Below are positions 50,201 through 59,585 of a stretch of DNA of 64,000 nucleotides, piece after piece. Under the pieces are notes generated by a model. The model made no database searches. It was not told where the DNA came from and was given only the letters and a program-made list of their open reading frames with translations. The stretch is from Pirellulales bacterium. GTDB taxonomy: Bacteria; Planctomycetota; Planctomycetia; Pirellulales; PALSA-1355. Within the stretch, counting starts at the first letter, position 1; the number at the start of each line of letters is the position of its first letter. The stretch spans positions 1 through 64,000 of the forward strand of contig JBFWOR010000012.1 of assembly GCA_050250435.1 (NCBI GenBank), written 5' to 3'. Position numbers and translations under genes: made by a program.

Positions 50201-53133
50201 TGGCCGGCGGGCTGGCGGTGGGCACGATTCTGGACGACGACGGCGCGGCCTCGCCCGCGGTGCCGCAAGATCTGACGGCCGAAGCCGGTTTTGCCCGCGT
50301 GACGCTGCGTTGGGACGCGGTGGCGGGCGCAAGCGGCTACCAGGTGTATCGCGGCACGACGCCGGGCGGCGCCGGCACCACGCCCATCGCGGGCGGCATC
50401 GTCGGCACGGAATACACGGACACCGGTTTGACGAACGGCACGGATTATTACTATTGGGTCACGGCCGTGCAGGGCGCAATCGAAGGATCGGCGTCCGCGG
50501 AAGTTCACATCGTGCCGACGGCCTACGATTTTTCTGAGGGCTTTCCGGGCCGCAGCCTGGATCCCACGGTGCCCAACGCCCTGGGCAGCGCCGAAGTGCT
50601 GAGCCTCAACGGTTACAACATTCACAACGTGCGCCTGTTCGGCACGGCCATGCAACTGACCGATGGCGGCAGCAACCAGCGCGACAGCGTCTTTACGCGG
50701 CAACTGGTCGACGTGCGCCGCTTTACGACGCACTTTTCGTTTCAGCAGATTCCCAGCCTGGGCTACGTGAATCAACTGGCCGACGGCATGACGTTTACCA
50801 TCCAAACCGACGGGCCAACCGCGCTGGGCGGTTCGGGCGGCGGGTTGGGCTTCTCGTCAATTCCCAACAGCCTGGCCATCAAGTTTGATCTGTACGACAA
50901 CACGGGCGAGGGCTTCAACTCCACCGGTCTGTATACGAACGGCGCTTATCCCAGCGCAGACGACTCGATCGACCTGACGGGCGGGGGCATCGACTTTCAC
51001 AGCGGCCATTTGTTCGACGTGAGCATGGAGTACGACGGCACGACGTTGCGCGTGACGATTACCGACACAGTCACTTTGGGCACCGCGACGCAGGAATATG
51101 TCGTCGACATTCCGACAGTGGTCGGCGGCGACCTGGCCCACGTGGGCTTCACCGGCGGCACGGGTGGATTGTCTGCCGTGCAGCGCATCACCAACTGGAT
51201 TTTCACTCCGGCGCCGGCGGTGCCCACCGGGCTGCAGGTGACCTCGATTGCCGCGGCCGAAGTCGCGCTCGCCTGGACCAATGTCGATCCCAACGCCAGC
51301 GGCGTGATCGTCGAGCGGCGCACGGGATTGGCCGGCACGTACGAAGCGATTGGCGGCACCTTGCCGGCCGGAACCGCCACGTTTGCCGACGCGACCGTCG
51401 CCCCGGGCAACACCTACTACTATCGCGTCCGGGCGGTCAACGGCACGAGCCCCTCGGAGGCTTCGAACGAAGTCGAAGCCACGCCGACCGGCGACATCGA
51501 TTTTCCGGATGGCTTCGACGGTTTCGAGAACTACTTCGTCTACAACGGTCCGACCGCCGCGCAAGTGGACGACCACCTGCAAGTTTCCGGCGGCGGCATG
51601 AACGAGGCCACCAGCATCTTCTGGCCGGGCGCCGTCGACGTGACTGCGTTCTCCACGGAGTTCGAAATTCAGCTGCTGCCGGGCACGGTCCCGATGGCCG
51701 ACGGCATGACCTTTACCATTCAGGGCGTGGGTCCGACGGCGCTGGGCGCCACCGGCGGCTCGTTGGGCTATGCCGGCATTCCCACGAGCCTGGCCATCAA
51801 GTTCGATCTGTACGACAACACGGGCGAAGGCTTCAGCTCGACCGGCTTGTACCTCAACGGCGCCTATCCGAGCATGGACGACTCGATTGATTTGACCGCT
51901 GCGGGCCTCGACCTCCACAGCGGCCACGTGTTCGCCGTGAGCATGACGTACGACGGCACCACGCTGGAAGTCACCATCACCGACACGGTCACGCTGGCCA
52001 CGGCCACGCAGTTGTACGAAGTGGACATTCCCGCGGCCGTGGGTGGCGATACGGCGTATGTCGGCTTTACCGCGGGCACCGGCGGATTCCGCGCCGTGCA
52101 AAATGTGCTCAATTGGGTGTACACGCCCGGCTTCACTCCGCCCGCCATCTCCGAGGTGGTCGGCCGCCACATCTTCTACAATCAAAGCGCGTTCGACGGC
52201 AACAATCCGGCCATCAATGCGGCCGACGACGGTGCCATCGCGCCCGACAAGACCGCCTACCTTCCGGGCGACGGACTGGCCGGGTTCCAGCACATTACGA
52301 GCTATGCGCGCGGCATCAACGGCATCATCGTCGACCTGTCGACGGGCGGAAATCACGCGTCGCTCGGCGTGAACGATTTTGCTTTTAAAGTGGGCGCGAA
52401 CAATTCGCCCGACACTTGGGGAGCAGCGCCTGCTCCGTCGGCAATTACGGTGCGCACCGGCGCAGGCCTCAGCGGCTCCGACCGGGTGGAGATTACCTGG
52501 GCCAACGGCGCCATCGTCAACCAATGGCTCGAAGTGCAGGTGCTGGCCACGGCGAACACGGGCCTGGCCGCCCCCGACGTGTTCTTTTGGGGCAATCGGC
52601 TGGGCGACACCGGCGCGCCGACGGCCACCTCCTTCACCACCACCACCGCCGACGCGTCGACCATCATTGCCGGCGGTCTGGGCGGTGCCGGCGGCATCAC
52701 GAACGTGCGCGATATCGACAAGAGCAATACGGTCACGGTGGCCGGCGATCGCGCGGCTGCGCTGGGTAATATCGGTGCTTTGAATCGGCTGAACGTCGGT
52801 ACCGGCGGGCCGTTCGCCCCGCAGGCCAGTGCCCTGGCAAACTCCAGCGAGAGTGCGGGTAGCGGCAGCGCAAACCCCGGCGAGGCCGGCATTGCCTTCG
52901 CACTGGCTGCGCTGGCAGCCGCCCCTGCCGATCCGCAAGTTTCGCTAGGGACCGCTGCGGTGCAAGAGACCAGGAGCGTGGCGATCGATGCGCGCCATCC
53001 CAGCGTTCATGCTCTGCACCAGGCCCTGTGGTGCGGCGCGGCGATGGACGATGCGGACGACAGCGCCGAGGATTGGCGCGTGAGCGACGAGCTGGCGGAG
53101 CTGTTGGCGGGGGCGGTTTCGCTCGACGAGTAA
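47272..53133 (+). CDS. Giant (1953 aa) multidomain surface protein. Domain order: glyoxal/galactose-oxidase-like (Glyoxal_oxid_N + DUF1929), several Calx-beta domains, FN3, then two FN3+L-type-lectin modules and a C-terminal extension with an acidic tail.
   Basis: WPIEFINALMLPTGKVMGYD...LVTGGH (glyoxal oxidase N). VVVEGDAGTSNAVFTVTLS...VQYSTADGTATAGQSYLTTAGTLTF (Calx-beta). AVPQDLTAEAGFARVTLRWDAV (FN3). MTFTIQ...LAIKFDLYDNTGEGF...VGFTGGTGG appears twice (lectin). The N-terminus has RRHRRAQFEALEVRV, then a His/Asp/Pro/Glu-rich stretch. Confidence 0.85.
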   Translation: MPQNPKRKSSGSSPRKATPQRRHRRAQFEALEVRVALHAGHDHDPPDDPGPEPPEHEPDDHASHVDLNNWLDHMLYDNGAVDATAAGVPQPDLLEAQFPEDSDAADTGEWSPLQNWPIEFINALMLPTGKVMGYDRTMNLRLWDPLTNTFTSPADPGYNLFCTGTALLADGTVLVTGGHVVDTVGLPYASIYDPFQDSWTQLANMNAGRWYPSQTTLANGDVLVLSGDTNGDITDPLPQIYEAATGTWRDLTTAELTLSFYPRTFSAPNGAAFVAGPDPLSQYLDVTGTGQWIPVDYRIEPNRSFGSAVMYAPGKVLYVGGGSPATATAEVIDLNEPSPQWRAVSNMAFPRRNGHATLLPNGEVLVVGGNTGVLHYDGDAVLAAEIWNPVTETFRTVENMDDVRWYHSVAVLLPDGRVLSTSGDLHLTGQVYSPPYLFQGDRPTISSAPETLQYGDSFFVGTPDAAEITKVSWVRMGTATHAQDWDQYIQEAVFTETPGGLMVTAPPTANTAPPGYYMLFILNGDVPSVAKTIRVGTMLPEVSVSRSSTAEGPNGGTTEMVFTVSLALSSAETVTVPYTTFDQTALAGQDYVAQAGTLTFAPLEKVKTVTVQVLGDLETEAPEEFDLNIYDPVGAVLFEPIGQGIIRDFGSLPVLTIDDVVVVEGDAGTSNAVFTVTLSAPPAGTPVTVQYSTADGTATAGQSYLTTAGTLTFSPGVTTQTIAVPIIGDTMDEFNNSFLLNLTAPVGADLEDAQGLGLIYNNDDPVTANFIGTEVDFEPIGSAAQLTFTVALSAASGKPVEVFWTTQADGTAKPGVNFVEQVGHFVMAPGTTTATFNVTVLDDGVRTTDRTFSVIMQSELTNANYGDRYTFALLVDTDTLPALSLSKPEVTEGLAGSVAMVFTVSLTAAADDPVVVNYATSAGTATPGVDYTETSGVITFAPGITSQLITVSVAGDGDDESNETFNLTLSNPVNATLAGGLAVGTILDDDGAASPAVPQDLTAEAGFARVTLRWDAVAGASGYQVYRGTTPGGAGTTPIAGGIVGTEYTDTGLTNGTDYYYWVTAVQGAIEGSASAEVHIVPTAYDFSEGFPGRSLDPTVPNALGSAEVLSLNGYNIHNVRLFGTAMQLTDGGSNQRDSVFTRQLVDVRRFTTHFSFQQIPSLGYVNQLADGMTFTIQTDGPTALGGSGGGLGFSSIPNSLAIKFDLYDNTGEGFNSTGLYTNGAYPSADDSIDLTGGGIDFHSGHLFDVSMEYDGTTLRVTITDTVTLGTATQEYVVDIPTVVGGDLAHVGFTGGTGGLSAVQRITNWIFTPAPAVPTGLQVTSIAAAEVALAWTNVDPNASGVIVERRTGLAGTYEAIGGTLPAGTATFADATVAPGNTYYYRVRAVNGTSPSEASNEVEATPTGDIDFPDGFDGFENYFVYNGPTAAQVDDHLQVSGGGMNEATSIFWPGAVDVTAFSTEFEIQLLPGTVPMADGMTFTIQGVGPTALGATGGSLGYAGIPTSLAIKFDLYDNTGEGFSSTGLYLNGAYPSMDDSIDLTAAGLDLHSGHVFAVSMTYDGTTLEVTITDTVTLATATQLYEVDIPAAVGGDTAYVGFTAGTGGFRAVQNVLNWVYTPGFTPPAISEVVGRHIFYNQSAFDGNNPAINAADDGAIAPDKTAYLPGDGLAGFQHITSYARGINGIIVDLSTGGNHASLGVNDFAFKVGANNSPDTWGAAPAPSAITVRTGAGLSGSDRVEITWANGAIVNQWLEVQVLATANTGLAAPDVFFWGNRLGDTGAPTATSFTTTTADASTIIAGGLGGAGGITNVRDIDKSNTVTVAGDRAAALGNIGALNRLNVGTGGPFAPQASALANSSESAGSGSANPGEAGIAFALAALAAAPADPQVSLGTAAVQETRSVAIDARHPSVHALHQALWCGAAMDDADDSAEDWRVSDELAELLAGAVSLDE
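50515..52135 (+). repeat. Intragenic tandem duplication. Two ~650-bp FN3/lectin modules (about 50515-51215 and 51484-52135), 85-90% identical in the best-aligning portions.
   Basis: For example 50791-50950 (atgacgtttaccatccaaaccgacgggccaaccgcgctgggcgg...ctggccatcaagtttgatctgtacgacaacacgggcgagggcttcaac) matches 51701-51860. A third related copy is at 1-150. Confidence 0.6.
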
Positions 53134-53163
53134 GCCTGCGCTCGTGTCGTCGTGCAACGCGTG

Positions 53164-53985
53164 CTAAGTGAACCAGAAGCGCTTGCCTTGCCGGAAGGCT
53201 TCCAATCCGCGGCGCGTGCTGTCGCTGCTCATCACCGGTTGCAAGTTGCGCGCCTCGAGCGCCAACGCTTCGTCCATCGTCAGGTGCCAGCCGTTTGTAG
53301 CGCTCTGTAAATCGGCCAGCATGGCGTCGCGCGGCTGCTGGCAGATCTGTTGGGCCATCGACAGGGCACGTTCCCGGCCGCCGCCTTGCGGCGCCAACTC
53401 CCACACCAGTCCGATCTGATAGGCGCGCTCGGCGGTGATGCGCTGGCCGGTGATGATCAAGGGCAGGGCGGCGCCCCAGCCGAGCAGTCGCGGCAGATAC
53501 ACCGTGCCGCCGTCCACCAAGGGCACGCCCCAGCGCCGGCAGGCGACGGAGAACGTGGCTTGCGGCTCGGCCAGGCGAATGTGTCCATGACAAAACAATT
53601 CCAGACCGCCGGCGTAGGTGTAGCCCTGCGAGACGGTGATCACCGGTTTGGTTTGCACGATGCGCGTGCCGCCCATCGGCCCGCTGCGCTGTCTCTCCAG
53701 CCGGACGGCGTCCTCCGAGGCCGATCCGAGTTTCGCCAGGGACCCGAGCGCTGTCAGATCTGCGCCGGAGCAGAACGATGACTCGCCTGCGCCGCGCAAG
53801 ATGGCCACGCTCAGCGTGTCGTCGTCGCGGAACTGCTGCCAGGTTTCGAGCAGCTTCTGTGCCGCGGCGCCATTGACTGCGTTGTGCACCTCGGGCCGGT
53901 TGATGACGATCTCGAGGATCGCGCCGCCGTCGACGTCGTGGCGCGTCGTCAAAACCAGGTCGGCGGTGCTCTCAACGGCGCACAT
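53164..53985 (-). CDS. Enoyl-CoA hydratase/isomerase (crotonase-fold) family protein.
   Basis: ILRGAGESSFCSGADL oxyanion-hole motif. 273 aa. Confidence 0.85.
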   Translation of the reverse strand: MCAVESTADLVLTTRHDVDGGAILEIVINRPEVHNAVNGAAAQKLLETWQQFRDDDTLSVAILRGAGESSFCSGADLTALGSLAKLGSASEDAVRLERQRSGPMGGTRIVQTKPVITVSQGYTYAGGLELFCHGHIRLAEPQATFSVACRRWGVPLVDGGTVYLPRLLGWGAALPLIITGQRITAERAYQIGLVWELAPQGGGRERALSMAQQICQQPRDAMLADLQSATNGWHLTMDEALALEARNLQPVMSSDSTRRGLEAFRQGKRFWFT

Positions 53986-54277
53986 GAAATCGCTCCCGGA
54001 GGAACCATTGGGCCGCGGCCGTGCCAGGCCCGGCTGCGGCCGCTGGATTGTTGGGCGCTGACACGCGACAATCTAACACGGTCGCTTGCTGGCTGGCAAC
54101 AAACCACACGCTGTGACGGGACGAGGCAAATACCAACATCTCCGCCTGGAGTGACGGCAACAGCCAGAACATTTGTTTCGTTCGTGGGCTGATCGTGCAG
54201 GTACTCGGCCTGCACATGCTGTCGTTGGACACCAAGCACGTCGAGGCCAGGTGATCGCGAACGAGCGTCCGCGCCGA

Positions 54278-54967
54278 CTACGCGGTGGACAGCCGATAGC
54301 CGACGCCCGGCTCCGTAAGCAGAAAGCGCGGGCGGGCGGGATCGGGCTCGATCTTTCGCCGCAAGTGCGCCATGTATACGCGCAGGTAGTGTGTTTCGAA
54401 CACGCTCTCGGGCCCCCACACTTCCTTGAGCAACTGCCGATGCGTCAGCACCTGGCCCGCATGCTTCACCAGCGACGTGAGCAGGCGATACTCGATGGGC
54501 GTCAGATGGATTTCGCGGTCGGCCACAAAGACCTGCCGCCGCGCCAGGTCGACGCGCAGCGTGTCGAGGGTGAACACCGGTTCCGCGGGCTCTTCGGCAG
54601 CGGCCGCGTGGCGCAGCGCCACGCGTATCCGCGCCGTCAGTTCGCTCACGCCGAACGGCTTGGTCAGGTAGTCGTCGGCGCCCAGGTCCAGGGCCCGCAC
54701 CTTGTCGGCCTCGCGGCCACGTGCCGAGAGCACGATAATGGGCAGCGCCGACCATTCACGCAATCGCCCGATCACTTCCAGGCCGTCCATGTCCGGCAAG
54801 CCGAGATCCAAGAGCACCAATTCGGGCCGTTCGTCCGCGGCACGCTGCAGCCCGTCGCCGCCGGTGTGCGCTTCGATCACTTCGAAGCCGAGCGTGCCCA
54901 GCGAGGCGCGCAGGAAGCGGCAGATTTCCAGTTCGTCCTCGACGACAAGTATTTTCTGAGCACCCAC
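54278..54967 (-). CDS. kdpE: KdpE-like OmpR-family response regulator.
   Basis: The receiver domain (ILVVEDE...LLDLGLPDMDG...) plus winged-helix domain is ~50% similar to E. coli KdpE. There is no ATG between the kdpD stop and ILVVEDE, so the start is assigned to GTG at 54967. The track's ATG at 55126 lies inside kdpD. Confidence 0.75.
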   Translation of the reverse strand: MGAQKILVVEDELEICRFLRASLGTLGFEVIEAHTGGDGLQRAADERPELVLLDLGLPDMDGLEVIGRLREWSALPIIVLSARGREADKVRALDLGADDYLTKPFGVSELTARIRVALRHAAAAEEPAEPVFTLDTLRVDLARRQVFVADREIHLTPIEYRLLTSLVKHAGQVLTHRQLLKEVWGPESVFETHYLRVYMAHLRRKIEPDPARPRFLLTEPGVGYRLSTA

Positions 54968-54984
54968 GATGCGCGGCTTGCCCT

Positions 54985-57687
54985 CTAGGCATCGAGCGGA
55001 ATGGAATTGAGCGGCACGGATGATTCGGTCGCGGCCAGCGGCAGTCGCAGGCGAAACACGGAGCCGCCGCCGGGTCGATTTTCCGCCACCAGCGTGCCGC
55101 CGTGCAACTCGACGATGCCGCGGCAAATAGCCAGCCCAAGCCCCGCGCCGGGTCGCCGGCCCGACTCGCCGACGCGATAGAACTTCTCGAACACGCGCTG
55201 GAGATCTTGCGGCGGCAATCCCGCGCCCCGGTCGGCCACTTCGATCTGCAAGAAGCCCTCTGCCTCGACGGCCCGCAGCTCGATCGTGCTGTCCGGTGGA
55301 GAATACTTGGCGGCATTTTCCAGCAGGTTGACCAGCACCTGCTCCATCAGCAGATCGTCCATCGGCACGAAGGGTAAATCGGGCTGGAGGTGCGTGACGA
55401 CCTGATGCTGCGTCAGCTCGCGGGAGATACGGCCTAGCGCGGCGCCGATCACTTCCTCTACGGCTTGCAGCTCCTTGTGAACTTCGAGCGCGCCGGCCTC
55501 CAGCCGCGTCATGTCCAGGAGATTGGCCACCAGGCGGTTGAGATGGATCGCCTCGCTATGGATTGATTCCAGCAATTCGCGTCGCACGTCGGGAGTGAGC
55601 GGTTCACCATTCTCCAGCAGCGTGCTGGCCCCGCCGATGATCACCGACAACGGCGTGCGCAAATCGTGCGAGACGGCGCTTAAAAGCGAGCTGCGCAACC
55701 GTTCGGTCTCCATTTGCACGCGCACCCGAGCGCCCTCGGCCGCGAGCTCCACGCGTTCTGTGGCCAGTGCGATGAGGCCGGCAAACGCTTCCAGCAAGTG
55801 GATTCGCTCTGGCCCGGCATTGCGCCAGCTGGCGTGTGGCAATACCCCCAGTACGCCCACGGTCCCCAGCGAAGCCTTGAGCGGCAAGTACAAGCCTGCG
55901 GATCCCGGCAGCGTGGCGGAGCCGTGGCCCGCCGCCTCGCCGTGATCGAACGCCCAGCGCGCCACCGCCAGCTCATGCGGTCCCGTGGCAAATCCACCGG
56001 CGTCGGCCGAGGCCGCAACCATCTGCTGCTGCGCGTCGGGAAAGAGCAACACGGCTTCGGCATCCACCGCCTCGGTCACGTGCCGCAGGGCGATTTTGGC
56101 AATCGCGTCGCGGGTGCGCGCGCCGGCCAGTTGTTGGCTGATGGCATACAGCGATGCCGTGCGGCGTTCGCGCTGCCGGGCCGATTCAACCTGAAATTGC
56201 ACCCGCGCCGTCAGCGTGCTGATCAGCAGTGCCGTCGCCAGCATGACCCCAAAGGTGATGACGTACTGCGTGTCCTGCACGGCGAAGGTGAACGTGGGCG
56301 GGATGAAAAAGAAGTCGAACGCCGCCACTGCCAACACGCTGGCCAGCGCCGACGGCCCGCTGCCGTACCGCAACGCGATCGACAGCACGCCCAGCAGGTA
56401 CAGCATCACCAGGTTGGTTTCGTCGAGAAAACGAGACAGCGGCCAACCGATCAACGTGCACAAAATGACGACGCCGATTGCCACCGCGTAGCCGCCACGG
56501 TACTCGGCGGCGGCGGGCGTGCGCACCACGGCGTCGGGCCGGGGGGTAGCCTCGCCGGAGATGACGTAGACATCGATCTCGCCGCATTTGCGCGTGACTT
56601 CATACACGAGCGAACCGCGCAGCCACTCTTTCCAGCGCGGCTGATGGGGTTTGCCCACGATGATCTTGCTGACGTTGCGGCTGCGCGCGTAGTGGATCAA
56701 CTCGTCGGCCAGGTTCTGTCCGGACAGCGTGGCCACCTCGCCACCCAGCTCTTCCGCCAGATGGAGCGTTTGCGCCAGTCGATCCCGATCGGCAAGCGAC
56801 ATGCGCGCGTCGGCGGGCGTTTCCACGTGCACGGCGATCCAGGGGGCCTTGAGGCTGGTCGCCATCCGCCGCGCGGCCCGCACCAACCGGGCGGAGAAAG
56901 GGCTGGGGCCGACGCAAACCAAGAGCCGCTCCGTCACCGGCATGGTCGTCGCCATGCCGTGCGACTGGCGGAAGTCCTCCATCTGCGCGCCGACGCGTTC
57001 GGCGGCTTTGCGCAGCGCCAGCTCGCGCAGCGCGATCAAGTTGCCCTTGGCGAAGAAATTCTTGATCGCGCGCTCCGCCTGGAATGGCAAGTAGACCTTG
57101 CCTTCGCGCAACCGCTCGATCAAGTCTTCCGAGGGCAAATCGACGAGTTCCACGTCGTCGGCCTCGTCGAAGATCGAATCCGGCACCGTTTCGGCCACGG
57201 CTACCCCGGTGATCCGCGCCACGACGTCGTTGAGGCTGTCGAGATGCTGCACGTTCAGCGTGGTGTATACGCTGATGCCGGCTTCGAGCAGCCGCACGAC
57301 GTCCTGCCAACGCTTGGCGTAGGTCATGCCCGGCGCATTGGTGTGTGCCAGCTCGTCAACCAGGATCAATTGCGGGCGCCGCGCCAGCGCCGCCTCCAAG
57401 TCGAACTCCAGCAGCCGCGTGCCTCGGTAGGGCACCTCTTTGCGCGCCAGCACGTCGAGGCCCAGCACCAAAGCCTGGGTCTCAGGTCGGGCGTGCGGCT
57501 CGATGTAGCCCACCAGCACGTCGAGCCCTTCGCGCGCCTGTTCGCGGGCCGCCTCGAGCATTGTGTAGGTCTTGCCCACACCGGGCGCCGCGCCGAAGAA
57601 GATCTTCAATTTGCCGCGCGCCTGGCGTGCCTCATCGGCTTGCACGCGGGCCAGCAGTCGATCGGGATCCGGCCGCTCGTCGTTCAT
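54985..57687 (-). CDS. kdpD: KdpD-like sensor histidine kinase (KdpD N-terminal sensor + USP + 4 TM + GAF + HisKA + HATPase).
   Basis: KIFFGAAPGVGKTY P-loop of the KdpD sensor domain. H-box SHDLRTPLS. G-box ADRGAGLP...GAGLGLAIC. Start at MNDERPDP (57687). Confidence 0.85.
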   Translation of the reverse strand: MNDERPDPDRLLARVQADEARQARGKLKIFFGAAPGVGKTYTMLEAAREQAREGLDVLVGYIEPHARPETQALVLGLDVLARKEVPYRGTRLLEFDLEAALARRPQLILVDELAHTNAPGMTYAKRWQDVVRLLEAGISVYTTLNVQHLDSLNDVVARITGVAVAETVPDSIFDEADDVELVDLPSEDLIERLREGKVYLPFQAERAIKNFFAKGNLIALRELALRKAAERVGAQMEDFRQSHGMATTMPVTERLLVCVGPSPFSARLVRAARRMATSLKAPWIAVHVETPADARMSLADRDRLAQTLHLAEELGGEVATLSGQNLADELIHYARSRNVSKIIVGKPHQPRWKEWLRGSLVYEVTRKCGEIDVYVISGEATPRPDAVVRTPAAAEYRGGYAVAIGVVILCTLIGWPLSRFLDETNLVMLYLLGVLSIALRYGSGPSALASVLAVAAFDFFFIPPTFTFAVQDTQYVITFGVMLATALLISTLTARVQFQVESARQRERRTASLYAISQQLAGARTRDAIAKIALRHVTEAVDAEAVLLFPDAQQQMVAASADAGGFATGPHELAVARWAFDHGEAAGHGSATLPGSAGLYLPLKASLGTVGVLGVLPHASWRNAGPERIHLLEAFAGLIALATERVELAAEGARVRVQMETERLRSSLLSAVSHDLRTPLSVIIGGASTLLENGEPLTPDVRRELLESIHSEAIHLNRLVANLLDMTRLEAGALEVHKELQAVEEVIGAALGRISRELTQHQVVTHLQPDLPFVPMDDLLMEQVLVNLLENAAKYSPPDSTIELRAVEAEGFLQIEVADRGAGLPPQDLQRVFEKFYRVGESGRRPGAGLGLAICRGIVELHGGTLVAENRPGGGSVFRLRLPLAATESSVPLNSIPLDA

Positions 57688-57985
57688 GGGCGATTCGGTT
57701 CTCCAGAAAGCCGGCAGTGGTACTGTCCGCCAGTGCCGAGCGAGGCGCAACAGGAATTCCGCGGCTGTGGCAATTCTACGATACAACCCTCACGCCCGCC
57801 CACGGGCTGAAGCGGTGCGGGGACTGCAGGGGGCGAAAAATGTTCGCCGGCATGCGCGCGAGCAGGCAGCAAAGGGCCACGATCACTATAGGCCCCAGCG
57901 CGTCAAAATTGCGCTAAAATCGGCACGGGCGCGGGTAAACTGCACGGCTTCGCGGGGCAAGCGTGAAAACACGAGAAAGCACGCG

Positions 57986-59458
57986 TCAGGCGCGGGTGTC
58001 GCCCGGGCCGGCAGCCAGCGCCGCCAGTTGATGCGCCATTGGCTCCAGCACGCTCTGCCAATCGCCGATGCGCGCCTGGCGAAACAATCGCATCGTCGGA
58101 TACCAGGGACTGTCGTCGCGGTCGGCCAGCCAGCGCCATTCTGCCGAGAACACGAGTGCCACCCAAACCGGCACACTGAGCGCGCCGGCCACATGCGCCG
58201 TCACCGTATCGTTGGTCACTACCAGGTCGAGGGTTTTCATCAGTGCAGCCGTGTCCATCAGCGCGCCGTGCTCGCCGTCGAGCTGATCGCCAAAGTCGAG
58301 GACTTCAAATCGATCTGCCACGGCGGCAATCTGCTCTACACCTTCCTGCTTCTGCAAGCTGACGAGGATCGTGCCGGGCACGCGCGCCAGCGCTGCAAAC
58401 TCTGCCAAGGGAATCACTCGGCCGTCGCGGATGGCAACCTGGCTGCCGTGCCAATGGATGCCAATTTTGACGCCGTCGTGCGCGGCCAACCGCTGGCGCC
58501 ACAAGGATTCGAGCGCGTCATCGGCGGACAGATAGGGAACGTCGGCCGGAATGCAGTCGAGCCGGGTGCCGAGGATTCGCGGCAGGCTCATCAAGGCTGC
58601 CTGGACATGACAATCACCAGGCGGCCTGTCGACAGAGGCCGCCGTTTGGAATCCGCTCGTGTGCAATAGCGGCAACAGTTGCGGCTGCACGGCCAGCGCC
58701 ACCTCGCCGCCGCGCGCTTGCACTAGCGGGAGATAGCGAACGAATTGCAGTGTGTCGCCCAGTCCTTGCCCCCATTCGCTGTAGATCAAGACGCGCCGGC
58801 CGTCTAACGGCCTGCCGTCCCACTGGGGCAACGCAAAATTGCGGGCCACCCGCTTCAGCCGCCAATCGTACTGCGGCCAACCGCCATCGAAATCGCCCGC
58901 CGCCAACAGCGCCGCGCCCAGGCGAAAGCGGGGCTCGTCGCGCTCGGGATCGAGCGCGATGGCGCTGCGAAAACAGTCGGCCGCCTCGGCCAGTTTCCGT
59001 TGTGCCTGCAAGCATTGCCCCATTTGCACGAGCACGTCGACGTGCGGTGCGCGGAGTCGCAGATAGTGGCGGTACTCGGTTTCCGCCTCCGCCAAGTGCC
59101 ATTGTTTGTGCAGCACGGTCGCCAGATTCAAGCGCGCGTCGGCGCTGTCCGGCTCGAACTGCAAGAAACGCCGATACTCAGCGGCGGCCTCGTCGAGCTG
59201 CTCGAGCAACTGCAGCGACACGGCCAGCGCTCCCATCGCGGCGCTGGCGTTTGGGCGGATGCTGAGCACTTCACGATGGCACGCCACCGCCTCGCTGTAG
59301 CGCCGTTGCGCTTGCAGCACGAGGCCCAGCAAGTGCCAGGCATCGGCGTGGCGACCGTCGCCGCTGAGAATCTGGCGACAGTTTTCGGCGGCCGCGAGCA
59401 AGTCGCCCGACTGCTGGCAGCGCAGCGCGTCCTGAAACAATTCGTGGTTGCTCGGCAT
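57986..59458 (-). CDS. TPR-repeat protein fused to a family 9 glycosyltransferase (heptosyltransferase-like) domain.
   Basis: N-terminal TPRs (AWHLLGLVLQAQRRYSEAVACHREVL...). The C-terminus has GT9 features (VLIYSEWGQGLGDTLQFVRYLPLV...DLVVTNDTVTAHVAGALSVPVWV). Start at MPSNHELF (59458). Confidence 0.7.
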   Translation of the reverse strand: MPSNHELFQDALRCQQSGDLLAAAENCRQILSGDGRHADAWHLLGLVLQAQRRYSEAVACHREVLSIRPNASAAMGALAVSLQLLEQLDEAAAEYRRFLQFEPDSADARLNLATVLHKQWHLAEAETEYRHYLRLRAPHVDVLVQMGQCLQAQRKLAEAADCFRSAIALDPERDEPRFRLGAALLAAGDFDGGWPQYDWRLKRVARNFALPQWDGRPLDGRRVLIYSEWGQGLGDTLQFVRYLPLVQARGGEVALAVQPQLLPLLHTSGFQTAASVDRPPGDCHVQAALMSLPRILGTRLDCIPADVPYLSADDALESLWRQRLAAHDGVKIGIHWHGSQVAIRDGRVIPLAEFAALARVPGTILVSLQKQEGVEQIAAVADRFEVLDFGDQLDGEHGALMDTAALMKTLDLVVTNDTVTAHVAGALSVPVWVALVFSAEWRWLADRDDSPWYPTMRLFRQARIGDWQSVLEPMAHQLAALAAGPGDTRA

Positions 59459-59585
59459 ACGCGCCCCGACAAAGAACGGCGCGGTGCACAACCCGTTGCC
59501 GCCGGGTGCGGCTCCGCCACGCCGTCAGGTGGTGGCATCATAAATGGGGCAGGGGGGGCCGATCAAGTTTGCAAGCTGGGGCCGC

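Noticed and set aside
54968-55126. ATG start at 55126 for kdpE (MPRHRRVARR...).
   Set aside because: This segment lies inside the kdpD coding sequence, and the encoded peptide is Arg-rich junk preceding the receiver domain. The GTG at 54967, right after the kdpD stop, gives a canonical ~230-aa KdpE.
57688-57985. c-di-AMP (ydaO-type) riboswitch in the kdpD leader.
   Set aside because: Conserved riboswitch motifs cannot be verified by eye. It is left as a check suggestion in the kdpDE finding and not called as a feature.
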